Notes under the pieces: generated by a model | Databases searched by the model: none | Told to the model about the DNA's origin: nothing | The model's input: only the letters and a program-made list of their open reading frames with translations | In this document: piece by piece, positions 27,669 to 36,958 of the stretch | Position numbering within the stretch: the stretch's first letter is position 1 | Layout of the letters: every line of letters starts with the position of its first letter | NCBI GenBank assembly: GCA_937921735.1 | Contig: CAKZTQ010000018.1 | Location: 1 to 47,815, forward strand | DNA: 47,815 nucleotides | Reading direction: 5' to 3' | Source of the DNA: an uncultured archaeon | GTDB taxonomy: Archaea; Hadarchaeota; Hadarchaeia; Hadarchaeales; Hadarchaeaceae | Program-made: the position numbers and the translations under genes

Positions 27669-30515
27669 ATGAGCGTTTTCGATGAGCTGAACGAACGGGT
27701 ATCGCTCGCTGCGAAGGAGTTCTCGCTGAACGAGCCCACAAAGCCCCAGCAGCTTGCGATCCCCAAGATGCTGGAAGGTAAACACGTGCTCATCATCGCC
27801 CCGACCGGCACGGGGAAAACCGAGGCGGCGCTACTACCCATCTTCAGCATGTACCTTTCGCAGGAGCGGCCCCTCGGGATAAAGATCCTCTATATCGCGC
27901 CGCTCAGGGCCCTGAACCGGGACATGTTAACCCGTCTCACGCGGTGGGCTGAGGCGCTTGGGCTCACCATAGCGGTGAGGCACGGCGACACCGCCGTCCG
28001 CGAGCGAGAGCTGCAAGCCAAGCAACCGCCAGACATGCTCATCACCACCCCAGAGACCCTTCAGGCGATCATGCCTGGGAAGCGAATGAGGGAACACCTC
28101 AGGACCGTCAGATGGGTGATCGTGGACGAAATCCACGAGCTAGCTGAGGACAAGCGTGGGGCGCAGCTCTCGATAGGGCTCGAGAGGCTGGCCGAGCTAG
28201 CTGGCGAATACCAGCGCGTGGGACTCTCAGCGACGATCGGGAGTCCTCGTGAGGTAGCGAAGTTTCTCGTGGGCAGCTCTCGTGATGTAGAGATCGTCGA
28301 CGCATCCGACATCAAGGGGATGAAGATCTCGGTGGAATGCCCAATACCCACGCGGGGCGACGTGGAGCTCGCCGAGAAACTGTTTACGGGGCCAGCGATG
28401 GCCGCAAGGCTTAGGCGCTTGCGTGAACTGATGAACAAACGTGGCTCGACGCTGATCTTCGTGAACACCAGGGAGATGGCCGAGATCTTGGGCTCACGCC
28501 TTAGGCTGCTGGACCCTAGCTGCTCGGTGGGCGTTCACCACGGCTCGCTTTCCAAGGAAGTGAGGACCGAGGCGGAGGAGAGTTTCAGGAGCGAGAGACT
28601 GAAGGGCTTGATTTGTACCAGCTCTATGGAACTGGGCATAGATATAGGGACCGTCGACTTGGTCGTCCAATATATGTCCCCGCGCCAAGTCACTCGCTTG
28701 GCACAGCGGGTGGGACGCTCCGGACACCGCGTCGGTGAGCTTTCAGTTGGGGCGATCTTGGCCACCGATCCCGATGATATCATGGAGGCTGCCGCGATCT
28801 CCAGGCGAACGCTGGAGGGGGCTTTGGAATCGAGCAAGGTGCACGAGGGCGCTTTGGATGTATTAGCTCACCAACTCGTTGGGCTCTCTTTGGATAAGGG
28901 GAGCGTAGAAATCGATGAGGCTTTAGCGTTGGTGAGACGAGCATATCCCTACCGCAACATCTCGAGGGAGGAGTTGGTGAAGGTACTGGAACAGCTCGCT
29001 AGGGAAGGACTCGTGCGCCTCTTGGGCGAGAAGTTCGAGCGCAACAAAGCAGGGTGGAAGTACTACTTCTCAAACCTTTCTATGATCCCCGACGTCAAGA
29101 GATACGCCGTGGACGACCTCGCCTCCAGAAGATCGGTCGGTACTTTGGACGAAGAATTCATCGTTGCCCATGGCGAGCCAGGTGTGTCATTCATCTGTAA
29201 GGGCGAGGCTTGGCAGGTGGTTGAGGTGGACGCTGAGAGGGGGCGAGTGCTTGTGGAACCCGTCGACGACCCGCTGGGCGCGATCCCCGCCTGGGAAGGG
29301 GAGCTTATACCAGTTCCGTTTGAGGTCGCGCAGGAGGTCGGCCTCGTCAGGAAGACCGTCGCCCGACTTTTAAAGCAGGGGGTAAGGATAGAAGAAGTCG
29401 CTGCCAGCTTAGCGGCGAAGTATCCTGTGTCCAAGCAGGCGGCAGGCCTGTTCGTAGAATACATTAGAAAATACCTAGAAGAGGACTTGCCTTTGCCGAC
29501 CGATGATCGCGTAGTCGCAGAAATTTACGAACGGTTCTTGGTCTTGCACGCGTGCTTTGGAAGCTCGGTGAACGAGACCCTCGCTAGGGTATTGGCACCC
29601 CTCTTTTCGGCCAGGTTTGGCGCTAGCATAGCTATTAAGGTCGATCCATACAGGATAGCGTTCAAATTTCCGACGGAGATCGACAAAAGCACGGTGGAGG
29701 AGACTCTAAGGGGTCTCAAGCCTGAGGTGATCGAACCGATACTTACGCTCACGCTCAAAGATAGCCCAACGTATAGATGGCGGCTTGTGCACGTCGCCAA
29801 GCGTTTTGGGGCCATAAGACGAGATGCCGAGCTGACCAAGCTCAACCTGCGGCGCCTCGCAAGGGCCTTCGAAGGTACCCCCATCCACGAGGAGACGATG
29901 CGAGAGATAATGTTCGAGAAGCTGGACATAAACAAGGCTAAGGAGGTGGCGAATCTCTTATGGGAAGGCAGGATCGAGCTGGCTTTCGTTGTGAGGCCAA
30001 GCAGCGCTGGCCCAACTATTATTGGCTGGCCGATACTGAATGAACTATCTGCTGGCGAGCTCGTGGTGCCTAAGAGGGCTGAGAGTGAAATACTACGGGC
30101 GCTCAAACATAGGCTAAATCAGCACCATGTTAGGCTCTTCTGCATGAACTGCCTCGAGTGGTCCGCGCTGACCAAGGTCGAGCGACTGCCGGAGTTGCCC
30201 AAATGCGGGAAATGTGGCGCTAGGCTGCTCACCATACTCCCGCGAGAACATCGTCAATTAATAGAGATCATTCGCAAGCGAGCCGCTAGCAAACGGCTAA
30301 GCGAGGACGAAGGACGGTTGGCCGAGAGGGCTAGACGAATAGCCGATCTCATCTTGGCCTATGGCAAGCGCGCGGTGGTGGCTCTGTGTGGGCGGGGGAT
30401 AGGTCCTAGAACTGCCACTAGGATCCTAGCGATGGAATATAAAGAAGATGACTTTTACCGCGCCATCCTTTACGCTGAAAGACAATTCGCGCGCACAAAA
30501 CAATTTTGGGGCTAG
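27669..30515 (+). CDS. lhr: Lhr-family SF2 DEAD/H helicase with C-terminal Zn finger
   Basis: APTGTGKT, TTPETL, DEIH, SAT, HHGSLS, MELGIDIG, QRVGRSGH, WEGE, CMNC...CGKC. Start re-assigned to ATG 27669. Confidence 0.93.
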   Translation: MSVFDELNERVSLAAKEFSLNEPTKPQQLAIPKMLEGKHVLIIAPTGTGKTEAALLPIFSMYLSQERPLGIKILYIAPLRALNRDMLTRLTRWAEALGLTIAVRHGDTAVRERELQAKQPPDMLITTPETLQAIMPGKRMREHLRTVRWVIVDEIHELAEDKRGAQLSIGLERLAELAGEYQRVGLSATIGSPREVAKFLVGSSRDVEIVDASDIKGMKISVECPIPTRGDVELAEKLFTGPAMAARLRRLRELMNKRGSTLIFVNTREMAEILGSRLRLLDPSCSVGVHHGSLSKEVRTEAEESFRSERLKGLICTSSMELGIDIGTVDLVVQYMSPRQVTRLAQRVGRSGHRVGELSVGAILATDPDDIMEAAAISRRTLEGALESSKVHEGALDVLAHQLVGLSLDKGSVEIDEALALVRRAYPYRNISREELVKVLEQLAREGLVRLLGEKFERNKAGWKYYFSNLSMIPDVKRYAVDDLASRRSVGTLDEEFIVAHGEPGVSFICKGEAWQVVEVDAERGRVLVEPVDDPLGAIPAWEGELIPVPFEVAQEVGLVRKTVARLLKQGVRIEEVAASLAAKYPVSKQAAGLFVEYIRKYLEEDLPLPTDDRVVAEIYERFLVLHACFGSSVNETLARVLAPLFSARFGASIAIKVDPYRIAFKFPTEIDKSTVEETLRGLKPEVIEPILTLTLKDSPTYRWRLVHVAKRFGAIRRDAELTKLNLRRLARAFEGTPIHEETMREIMFEKLDINKAKEVANLLWEGRIELAFVVRPSSAGPTIIGWPILNELSAGELVVPKRAESEILRALKHRLNQHHVRLFCMNCLEWSALTKVERLPELPKCGKCGARLLTILPREHRQLIEIIRKRAASKRLSEDEGRLAERARRIADLILAYGKRAVVALCGRGIGPRTATRILAMEYKEDDFYRAILYAERQFARTKQFWG

Positions 30516-30588
30516 GTTGGGCGAGGGCCAAACTGGGGCAAACCGGCAAAGGTTAAATCGGACGCTGAGCCAAAATTAGCGAGATAAC

Positions 30589-30864
30589 ATGAGGATAAAG
30601 GTCAAGCCTTGGGGAATATTCCAGGAGATCATCGGCGGGCGTGAGCTGGAGGTAAACTTACCTGAACGGGCTAAGTTGAGGGATTTGCTCGATGAACTGA
30701 TCGAACGCTTCGGCGAAAAGCTCGCAAATGAGCTTTTCCAACCGGGCAGGCGGGAGGTCAAGCCATACATCAAGATCTTGCTCAATGGGCATGGCGCCGA
30801 GCTTGGGGCTGAACTCAGGGATGGGGATTCCGTCGCCCTGTTTCCGCCCGTGGGTGGTGGCTGA
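30589..30864 (+). CDS. MoaD/ThiS/SAMP ubiquitin-like protein
   Basis: Beta-grasp pattern, ILLNG, LRDGD.VALFPPVGGG C-terminal di-glycine; BRE/TATA GCAAAGGTTAAAT upstream (about 30546). Confidence 0.92.
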   Translation: MRIKVKPWGIFQEIIGGRELEVNLPERAKLRDLLDELIERFGEKLANELFQPGRREVKPYIKILLNGHGAELGAELRDGDSVALFPPVGGG

Positions 30865-32134
30865 TCCGGTGGAAAAGATCATCCACGATCCGGTATACGG
30901 AAGCATGCGCCTGAGCGGCATCGTGTTGGATCTCGTCGACGTCATGGAGGTCCAAAGGCTTAGGGGCATCAAACAACTTGGCCTAGCACATCTCGTGTTC
31001 CCGGGCGCAAATCACTCTAGGTTTGAACATGCGCTCGGCGTCGCTCATTTGGTGGAGCGCTTGGGACAAGAGCTGGAGCTCCCCAAGGACGAACTCGACC
31101 TGCTTTTGGCGGCTGCCATGCTCCACGACATTGGACATCCCCCCTACTCCCACACCCTTGAGTACCTGATGAAGGATCACCTGGGCAAGGACCACATGGA
31201 GCTCACCGGAGATATCTTGCGGGGGGAAGTGGACCTCTGTGAGCCGAGCGAGCGCAGAGAGCTCAAGCGGATGAACGTACCGCTTGCCAAAGATATGCTC
31301 TCAAAGCATGAGATAAGCGCCGATGAGGTGGCGCGCCTCCTGCTGGGCAAACATCGCATGCCCTACCTAGGCCAGATCATCCACAGCTACATTGACGTGG
31401 ATCAGATGGATTACTTGATGAGGGATGCCCACTTCACGGGAGTGGCGCTGGGGATGATAGATGTTGACCGCCTCATGCGGACCCTCGTCGTATACAAAAA
31501 TCGCTTAGCGATCGCGAGTAAGGGAATTGAAGCGGTGGAGGGATTGCTCACCGCTCGCGCACTCATGTTCACCTCAGTTTACTTCCACCACACCGTTAGG
31601 ATAGCAGAGCTGATGTTGGCGAATGCGGTAGAGTTTGCAATGGAGCGGGGGGGTACGATAACCGAGGATAACTTCTACTTCCTCACGGACGCCCAACTAA
31701 CGGAGCGCCTTAGCTCGATGCAGGGCTATCCGCGTGAGATCGTGATGCGGTTACGCTATCGGAAGCTTTTCAAGACAGCGTACGTCGAGGAGAGGCGTGA
31801 GCTTACCGCCGCCGAGAAAAAACATCTCCTTAAGAGATATGGCGAATGGCATCTCATTCGTGAGTTACAGGACGAAATCGCCGAGGGGGCGGGGGTCCAG
31901 AGCGGATATGTTATCTTAGACGTTCCAATAGTCGATATCTTGCTATCCGAGCCTCGCCTAGAAAAGGTCGAGGTGCCGGTATTGGTGGATGGTAAACTCG
32001 TCAAGTTATCTAAGCTCTCGCCCATCGCCAACGCCCTGAAGAAAAGGCAAACGCCCCGCTATTTGCTGCGCGTGGTGGCCCCAAAGGAGTTCGTCGGTAA
32101 GGTGAAACGAGTAGCTGCGAGGGTTTTAGGCTAG
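30857..32134 (+). CDS. HD-domain phosphohydrolase (SAMHD1/dNTPase-like)
   Basis: IHDPVYG, QRLR.IKQLG, PGANHSRFEH, LHDIGH.PYSH, D.DQMDY..RD, VYFH. Start re-assigned to GTG 30857. Confidence 0.92.
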   Translation: MADPVEKIIHDPVYGSMRLSGIVLDLVDVMEVQRLRGIKQLGLAHLVFPGANHSRFEHALGVAHLVERLGQELELPKDELDLLLAAAMLHDIGHPPYSHTLEYLMKDHLGKDHMELTGDILRGEVDLCEPSERRELKRMNVPLAKDMLSKHEISADEVARLLLGKHRMPYLGQIIHSYIDVDQMDYLMRDAHFTGVALGMIDVDRLMRTLVVYKNRLAIASKGIEAVEGLLTARALMFTSVYFHHTVRIAELMLANAVEFAMERGGTITEDNFYFLTDAQLTERLSSMQGYPREIVMRLRYRKLFKTAYVEERRELTAAEKKHLLKRYGEWHLIRELQDEIAEGAGVQSGYVILDVPIVDILLSEPRLEKVEVPVLVDGKLVKLSKLSPIANALKKRQTPRYLLRVVAPKEFVGKVKRVAARVLG

Positions 32135-32692
32135 CGCTTCGCGACCGAGCTCCGTGGGCCTTAGTCTTTCATCGAGATATCCTAGGACCTGCAACCTCTT
32201 AACGTACTCTTTGGCCATGACTATCGGGATGCCCGCATCTCCCGCCGCGCGCTCGATCGAAAGTTTTGTGTCCAAATCTCGAAGAATTATCCTACCGACC
32301 TCTCCTACAAGGATCTCGTGCGCAAGCTTTCTTTTCACCCTTGGTTCGATTTTAGGATGAGCGGCTAGGATATGATCGAGTAAGCCAGATTTAGCCTCAT
32401 ATTTTTCGGCGAGTATCCTTTGGCAATGGGTAGAGCCGGCCACGGCGGACTTTAGAATTTCAAGTTCTCGCGCCAATGCTTGAACGTTCTCGAGATATCT
32501 AGTCCTCTCTTCTTCTTCTGCCTCGAGTTTACTCCTGAGGGCCTCATTTGCGCCCCGAAGTCGCTCGAGCTCGTTGCGCAGATCATCGACCTGTGCGCGG
32601 AGCTTACGGGTCTTAAACCTTCCCTCGCCAGAGAATAGCATCCACCCGAGTAGGACGAATATTATGAATATCAGAAATGCCTCTGTCCACAT
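32126..32692 (-). CDS. Hypothetical membrane-anchored coiled-coil protein with C-terminal wHTH-like motif
   Basis: N-terminal TM helix, heptad region, AKEYVKRLQVLGYLD..LRPTELG. Confidence 0.65.
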   Translation of the reverse strand: MWTEAFLIFIIFVLLGWMLFSGEGRFKTRKLRAQVDDLRNELERLRGANEALRSKLEAEEEERTRYLENVQALARELEILKSAVAGSTHCQRILAEKYEAKSGLLDHILAAHPKIEPRVKRKLAHEILVGEVGRIILRDLDTKLSIERAAGDAGIPIVMAKEYVKRLQVLGYLDERLRPTELGREALA

Positions 32693-32786
32693 TCGAACAC
32701 CGCCGTCACTTAGCTCCCCTTAATTTAAGTCTATATGCCCTCCTAGCGGCAACGAATCAAAGGCCTTGGATGAATCACGGTTAGGT

Positions 32787-33875
32787 TCAGAACCGCATTG
32801 CCCTCGTGGGGCAAACCGAGACGCAGAGTCCGCAGCCATAACATTTACCTTGGTCGACCCTAGCGATCTTTCCCACCACGCGGACGGCGTTATAGATGCA
32901 ATGTTTCTCGCAGAGCCCACACCCGGTACACTTTGTCGCCAAAACTTCGGGTGGCTTAGCCCACGTGCGTAAGGGTTGCTCAGGCAAGTGCCTCAGGGCT
33001 ATACCCCGAAAGTCCTCGATGGACTCATAGCCCTTGATGCGCATGAACTTGGCGATCTCGTCGGCGATCAACCCGTAGATCTGCGGACCGCGGACGATCG
33101 CGGCCGTACAAACCTGCACGGCGCTTGCACCAGCCATGATGAACTCGATGGCATCGCGGCCATCGCTGATGCCTCCGACGCCGATCACGGGGAGGCGCAC
33201 GGCACGGCAGATGTCGGCGACGCAGCGAAGGGCCAAGGGTTTGATCGCGGGGCCAGAGAGCCACCCATAGCCCTTAGGTCCCCCCATCCACGGCATGGCA
33301 TTCTCTATATCTATCGCCAAGCAGGGACCGAGCGTATTTATCGCCACTAGGCCATCGGCACCCGCCTGCTCAGCGGCCCTAGCGAACTCGGTTATATCTA
33401 ACACGTTTGGGCTCAATTTGACGAACACCGGGATAGTCACAGTTTCCTTCGCGGCCCTGATAGCCTCTACCATTGGCGTCGGGTCGTGTCCCAAGTAGTG
33501 CGTAGAGAGCTCGAGGGCATCGACGCCGGCCTTTTCGACCCTCGGAGCCAACTCCCTGATCTCCTCGGGCTTGTACCCAATGCTCGCGATCAAGGGTAGC
33601 CCGGTCTTCTTGGCCTTTGCATACTCGTACTGCAACCATCGCTCGACCGGCAAGTCCGACCAGAGCTCAGCGTTCAGCAAACCATCCCTGATCTTGGCCA
33701 TGCACGGACGTGGTACTTCTGCCGGCCTTACGCTTACCGTCTTCGCCACAAGCGCGCCAGCACCGTGCTTCGCCGCGGCGACCAAGGCGTCGCCGTCCCT
33801 GACGGTAGGTCCGGCCGCTGGCATGACGGGATTCCGAAGCTTCAGGCCACATATCTCGACCGCTAGACTTACCAC
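32787..33875 (-). CDS. Dihydropyrimidine dehydrogenase PreA-like / DHODH-fold FMN enzyme with C-terminal 2x[4Fe-4S] domain
   Basis: NPVMPAAGP, KT, VKLSPN, AINT, GWLSGPAIKP, GVGGI, AGASAVQV, CTGCGLC...CYGCGLCVSVCP. Confidence 0.85.
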   Translation of the reverse strand: MVSLAVEICGLKLRNPVMPAAGPTVRDGDALVAAAKHGAGALVAKTVSVRPAEVPRPCMAKIRDGLLNAELWSDLPVERWLQYEYAKAKKTGLPLIASIGYKPEEIRELAPRVEKAGVDALELSTHYLGHDPTPMVEAIRAAKETVTIPVFVKLSPNVLDITEFARAAEQAGADGLVAINTLGPCLAIDIENAMPWMGGPKGYGWLSGPAIKPLALRCVADICRAVRLPVIGVGGISDGRDAIEFIMAGASAVQVCTAAIVRGPQIYGLIADEIAKFMRIKGYESIEDFRGIALRHLPEQPLRTWAKPPEVLATKCTGCGLCEKHCIYNAVRVVGKIARVDQGKCYGCGLCVSVCPTRAMRF

Positions 33876-35216
33876 CTAGCTACCCCCCATCGCCCCGAGC
33901 TTCTGCCAAAGCCTTTCCGCTGACCTCCGCGCGATCCGGATGACTTCTTCCTCATCGAGCGTCAGCAACTTGCGCTCGCGCATCACCACGTTGCCCCCCA
34001 CGATCACCGTCTCGACGTCGTCCCCGTCTATGGTATTGACCAGGTGCCCTATCACGCTCTCCGGCCTAACTGGCGTCGGCGCCGTCGACGGGTCTATGAT
34101 GATGATGTCCGCTAACTTACCGGTCTCGAGGGAGCCGAGCTCGCTCTCGAGCCCGTAGAGCTCGGCCCCACGTATGGTCGCCATCTCCAAAACTTCCGTG
34201 GGCGAGATTACTCTAGGGTCACGGAGCATGGCCTTGTGGAGCAGAAAGGCCGCGCGGATATTCTCGAACCCATCGAATATGTAACCATCGTTGCCCAAGC
34301 CCACCGGGATGCCCATCGCCAACATTTTCACCACCGGTGCCACCCCAACCGCGTTCAACATGTTGCTCATCGGATTATGCGCCACCTTTGCGCCAGCGCG
34401 TTTGATCAATGCCAACTCATCGTCGTTCACGTGCACGCAGTGAGCTAGCACCACGTCGGGCCCAAGTAGTCCGGCATCGCTCAAGCGCTCGATCGTGCGC
34501 TTGCCGAATCGCTCGTAGTTGTGATACACGTCCACGAGCCCCTCAGACGTATGGATAGTGATGGGTGCTTTGTAACGGCTCGCGAGCTCCCTGACGTAGT
34601 GGAGGAGTTCATCGGAAACTGTAAACGAAGCGTGTATGCTAAACATCCCTCGAACGCGGGCTCCTTTCTTCACCTTCTTGATAAAGCGCTCGTTCTCCCG
34701 CACTCCGCGCGCGCCCTCGGCATGCGTACGCCTCTCGGTAGCTTCGAAGGCGATTATCCCCCGCATGCCCGATTGCTCCACCGCAGCCGCGATGCGATCG
34801 AGCACGCCAGCTATCGCATTTGGGCCGGAGAAGGTATCCGCGAAGAGGGTTGTGCCCGTCTTTATGAATTCCATGCAGGAAACCAAGGCGCTTGCATACG
34901 CGTCCTCGCGCGTCATGGCCTCGTCCATCGGCCACCAGATTCTAGTGAGGATTTGAGAGAAATCCGTCGGCGGTTCGATCTTTAGCGGCGCCCCCCTCAA
35001 AAGCATGCCGTAGAGATGAGTATGGGAGCATATAAGGCCCGGCATGACGATTTTATGTTTGGCATCGATCGTCTCGGCCGGTTTTTCTCCCGGCTTAATG
35101 CCGCGCCCAATTTCTACGATGCGGCCATCCTCGATGGAAATGGAACCATCGGAGATGATTCGGCGCTCCTTATCCATCGTGACTATCAAACCATTTTTTA
35201 TGAACAGGTCAACCAA
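33876..35216 (-). CDS. Metal-dependent amidohydrolase, SsnA/MtaD-like
   Basis: PGLICSHTHLY, HTSEG, AHCVH, HNP.SN, GNDG, G.LADII. Start re-assigned to TTG 35216 after a GAGGGGGTGG RBS. Confidence 0.88.
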   Translation of the reverse strand: MVDLFIKNGLIVTMDKERRIISDGSISIEDGRIVEIGRGIKPGEKPAETIDAKHKIVMPGLICSHTHLYGMLLRGAPLKIEPPTDFSQILTRIWWPMDEAMTREDAYASALVSCMEFIKTGTTLFADTFSGPNAIAGVLDRIAAAVEQSGMRGIIAFEATERRTHAEGARGVRENERFIKKVKKGARVRGMFSIHASFTVSDELLHYVRELASRYKAPITIHTSEGLVDVYHNYERFGKRTIERLSDAGLLGPDVVLAHCVHVNDDELALIKRAGAKVAHNPMSNMLNAVGVAPVVKMLAMGIPVGLGNDGYIFDGFENIRAAFLLHKAMLRDPRVISPTEVLEMATIRGAELYGLESELGSLETGKLADIIIIDPSTAPTPVRPESVIGHLVNTIDGDDVETVIVGGNVVMRERKLLTLDEEEVIRIARRSAERLWQKLGAMGGS

Positions 35217-35253
35217 CTTCCCACCCCCTCGTAAGGACCAAATGCGGCGATGC

Positions 35254-35307
35254 ATTTAAAAGTTTGGCAAGCGATATCTTCGCAAGCATCTTGACATGTT
35301 TTATAAA
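35254..35307. promoter_or_regulatory. Divergent promoter between the ssnA-like gene and the histone gene
   Basis: Minus-strand CCAAACTTTTAAAT (35254-35267) and palindromic TTTATAAA (35300-35307). Confidence 0.55.
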
Positions 35308-35338
35308 CCATACCACCGATACGGGCGTGAGGGGAAAT

Positions 35339-35551
35339 ATGCCGGAATTCCCGTTGGCTGTTATGGATAGGCTCATCCGCAAGGTAGGAAAGGTTCGCGT
35401 CTCGCGAGGTGCTGCTTTGGAGCTAAGCGCCGTCTTGGAAGCATATGCCACCGATGTAGCTAAAGAAGCGATTAAGTTAGCTGAACATCGAGGGGCCAAG
35501 ACCGTAACTGACATCGACATCAGGGCGGCCGCATCCAGGATAAGAACATAA
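35339..35551 (+). CDS. Archaeal histone (HMf-like)
   Basis: MPEFPLA.MDRLIRK.G..RVS..A...L...LE.YA..VAKEA.KLAEH.G.KTV...DI; 70 aa from ATG 35339. Confidence 0.93.
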   Translation: MPEFPLAVMDRLIRKVGKVRVSRGAALELSAVLEAYATDVAKEAIKLAEHRGAKTVTDIDIRAAASRIRT

Positions 35552-35576
35552 GATATCCTGTGGCCGGGGGTGCCTT

Positions 35577-36911
35577 TTGGCAGACCTCATAATACGGAAC
35601 GCTAGGCTCGTCCTGCCGGAGGGTATCATCCAAGGTGAACTCGCGATCGATGATGGTCTGATCGCCGAGATCTCCAGAGTTAGGTTGCCCAAACGTGCGG
35701 CCGAAATAAACGCTAACGGCAAGCTGGTGATGCCGGGGGTTATAGACGTACATGCCCACATCTACGATCCTCGCTATTTAAAGCGCGAGGACTTTCGCAA
35801 CGGCACCGCCGCTGCGGCCGCTGGAGGGGTGACGAGCGTCATCGTGATGCCGCTAGATACCCCTATGGTGATGGTGGAGGAGCTGCAGAAAGTTATCGAG
35901 GTCGGACAAAAGCATAGCCTGATAGATTTTTCTTTACACGCAGGAAATTTCACCGCCGACGTCCCCGAGCACCTGTGTGCTGCGGCTGGCATTGGGATTA
36001 AGTCGTTCAAGATGTTTACCTGCGCACCGTACCGCGTTAACGAAACAACGTTGGAGAAGTTGATGTCGACCATCAAAAATATAGGTGGCATCGCATTCGT
36101 ACACGCCGAGGACGACAAGATCATCAGCAAAAACACCAAACGCCTGCTTAAAGAGGGGCGGAGAGACCCCCTAGCCCATGTCGAATCTCGTCCGAACGAG
36201 GCGGAGGAAAAAGCTATAAAAAAAATGATCGAGCTCGTCAAGAAAACTGAATGCAACCTGCATTTAGCCCATGTAACAGCCCGTCAGGGTGTTGAACTCG
36301 TGAATAAGGCTAAGTCCAAGCATGTGCGGCTGACGGCCGAAACCTGTCCACACTATCTGATCTTCACCAAGGAGGATATGGAAAAACTTGGACCTTACCT
36401 AAAGGTGAATCCAGCCCTAAAGAGTAGCGAGGACAGGGCCGCGCTATGGGATGGTCTAAGTAATGGAATTATCGACATCGTCGCATCCGATCATGCGCCC
36501 GGTACGCGGGCGGAGAAGGAGGTTGGCTGGAAAGATATTTGGGCGGCTCAAACAGGCGTCCCGGGCATAGAAACCATGCTGCCGCTGATGCTCGGCGAGG
36601 GGTTCGCGCGCGGCAGATTAACGCTCGAAAGGCTTGTCGATGCGCTTTGCACGCGGCCCGCCAAGATCTTTGGCCTTTACCCTAGGAAGGGCATCATCCG
36701 CGAGGGCTCGGATGCCGATTTGGTGATCGTCGATCTAAAGAAGGAGGTCACCATAAGGGCCGAGAAGTTGCACTACAAAGTCGGTTGGACGCCATACGAG
36801 GGGATGAAGATCAAAGGAGCGCCGGTGATGACCATATCTAGAGGCATCGTGATAGCTGAGGATGGCGAGGTACAGGCAAAACCCGGCCGGGGGCTCTTTT
36901 TAAGCCGTTAG
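35577..36911 (+). CDS. Cyclic amidohydrolase (allantoinase/dihydropyrimidinase/dihydroorotase family)
   Basis: PGVIDVHAH, AAAGGVT, FKMF (carbamylated Lys), HAED, AHV, ETCPHYL, SDHAP, G.DADLV. Confidence 0.88.
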   Translation: MADLIIRNARLVLPEGIIQGELAIDDGLIAEISRVRLPKRAAEINANGKLVMPGVIDVHAHIYDPRYLKREDFRNGTAAAAAGGVTSVIVMPLDTPMVMVEELQKVIEVGQKHSLIDFSLHAGNFTADVPEHLCAAAGIGIKSFKMFTCAPYRVNETTLEKLMSTIKNIGGIAFVHAEDDKIISKNTKRLLKEGRRDPLAHVESRPNEAEEKAIKKMIELVKKTECNLHLAHVTARQGVELVNKAKSKHVRLTAETCPHYLIFTKEDMEKLGPYLKVNPALKSSEDRAALWDGLSNGIIDIVASDHAPGTRAEKEVGWKDIWAAQTGVPGIETMLPLMLGEGFARGRLTLERLVDALCTRPAKIFGLYPRKGIIREGSDADLVIVDLKKEVTIRAEKLHYKVGWTPYEGMKIKGAPVMTISRGIVIAEDGEVQAKPGRGLFLSR

Positions 36912-36958
36912 GAAATACGTTGCGATCATTTATCCGGATGCTTAAAAGGTGCCTTGGG

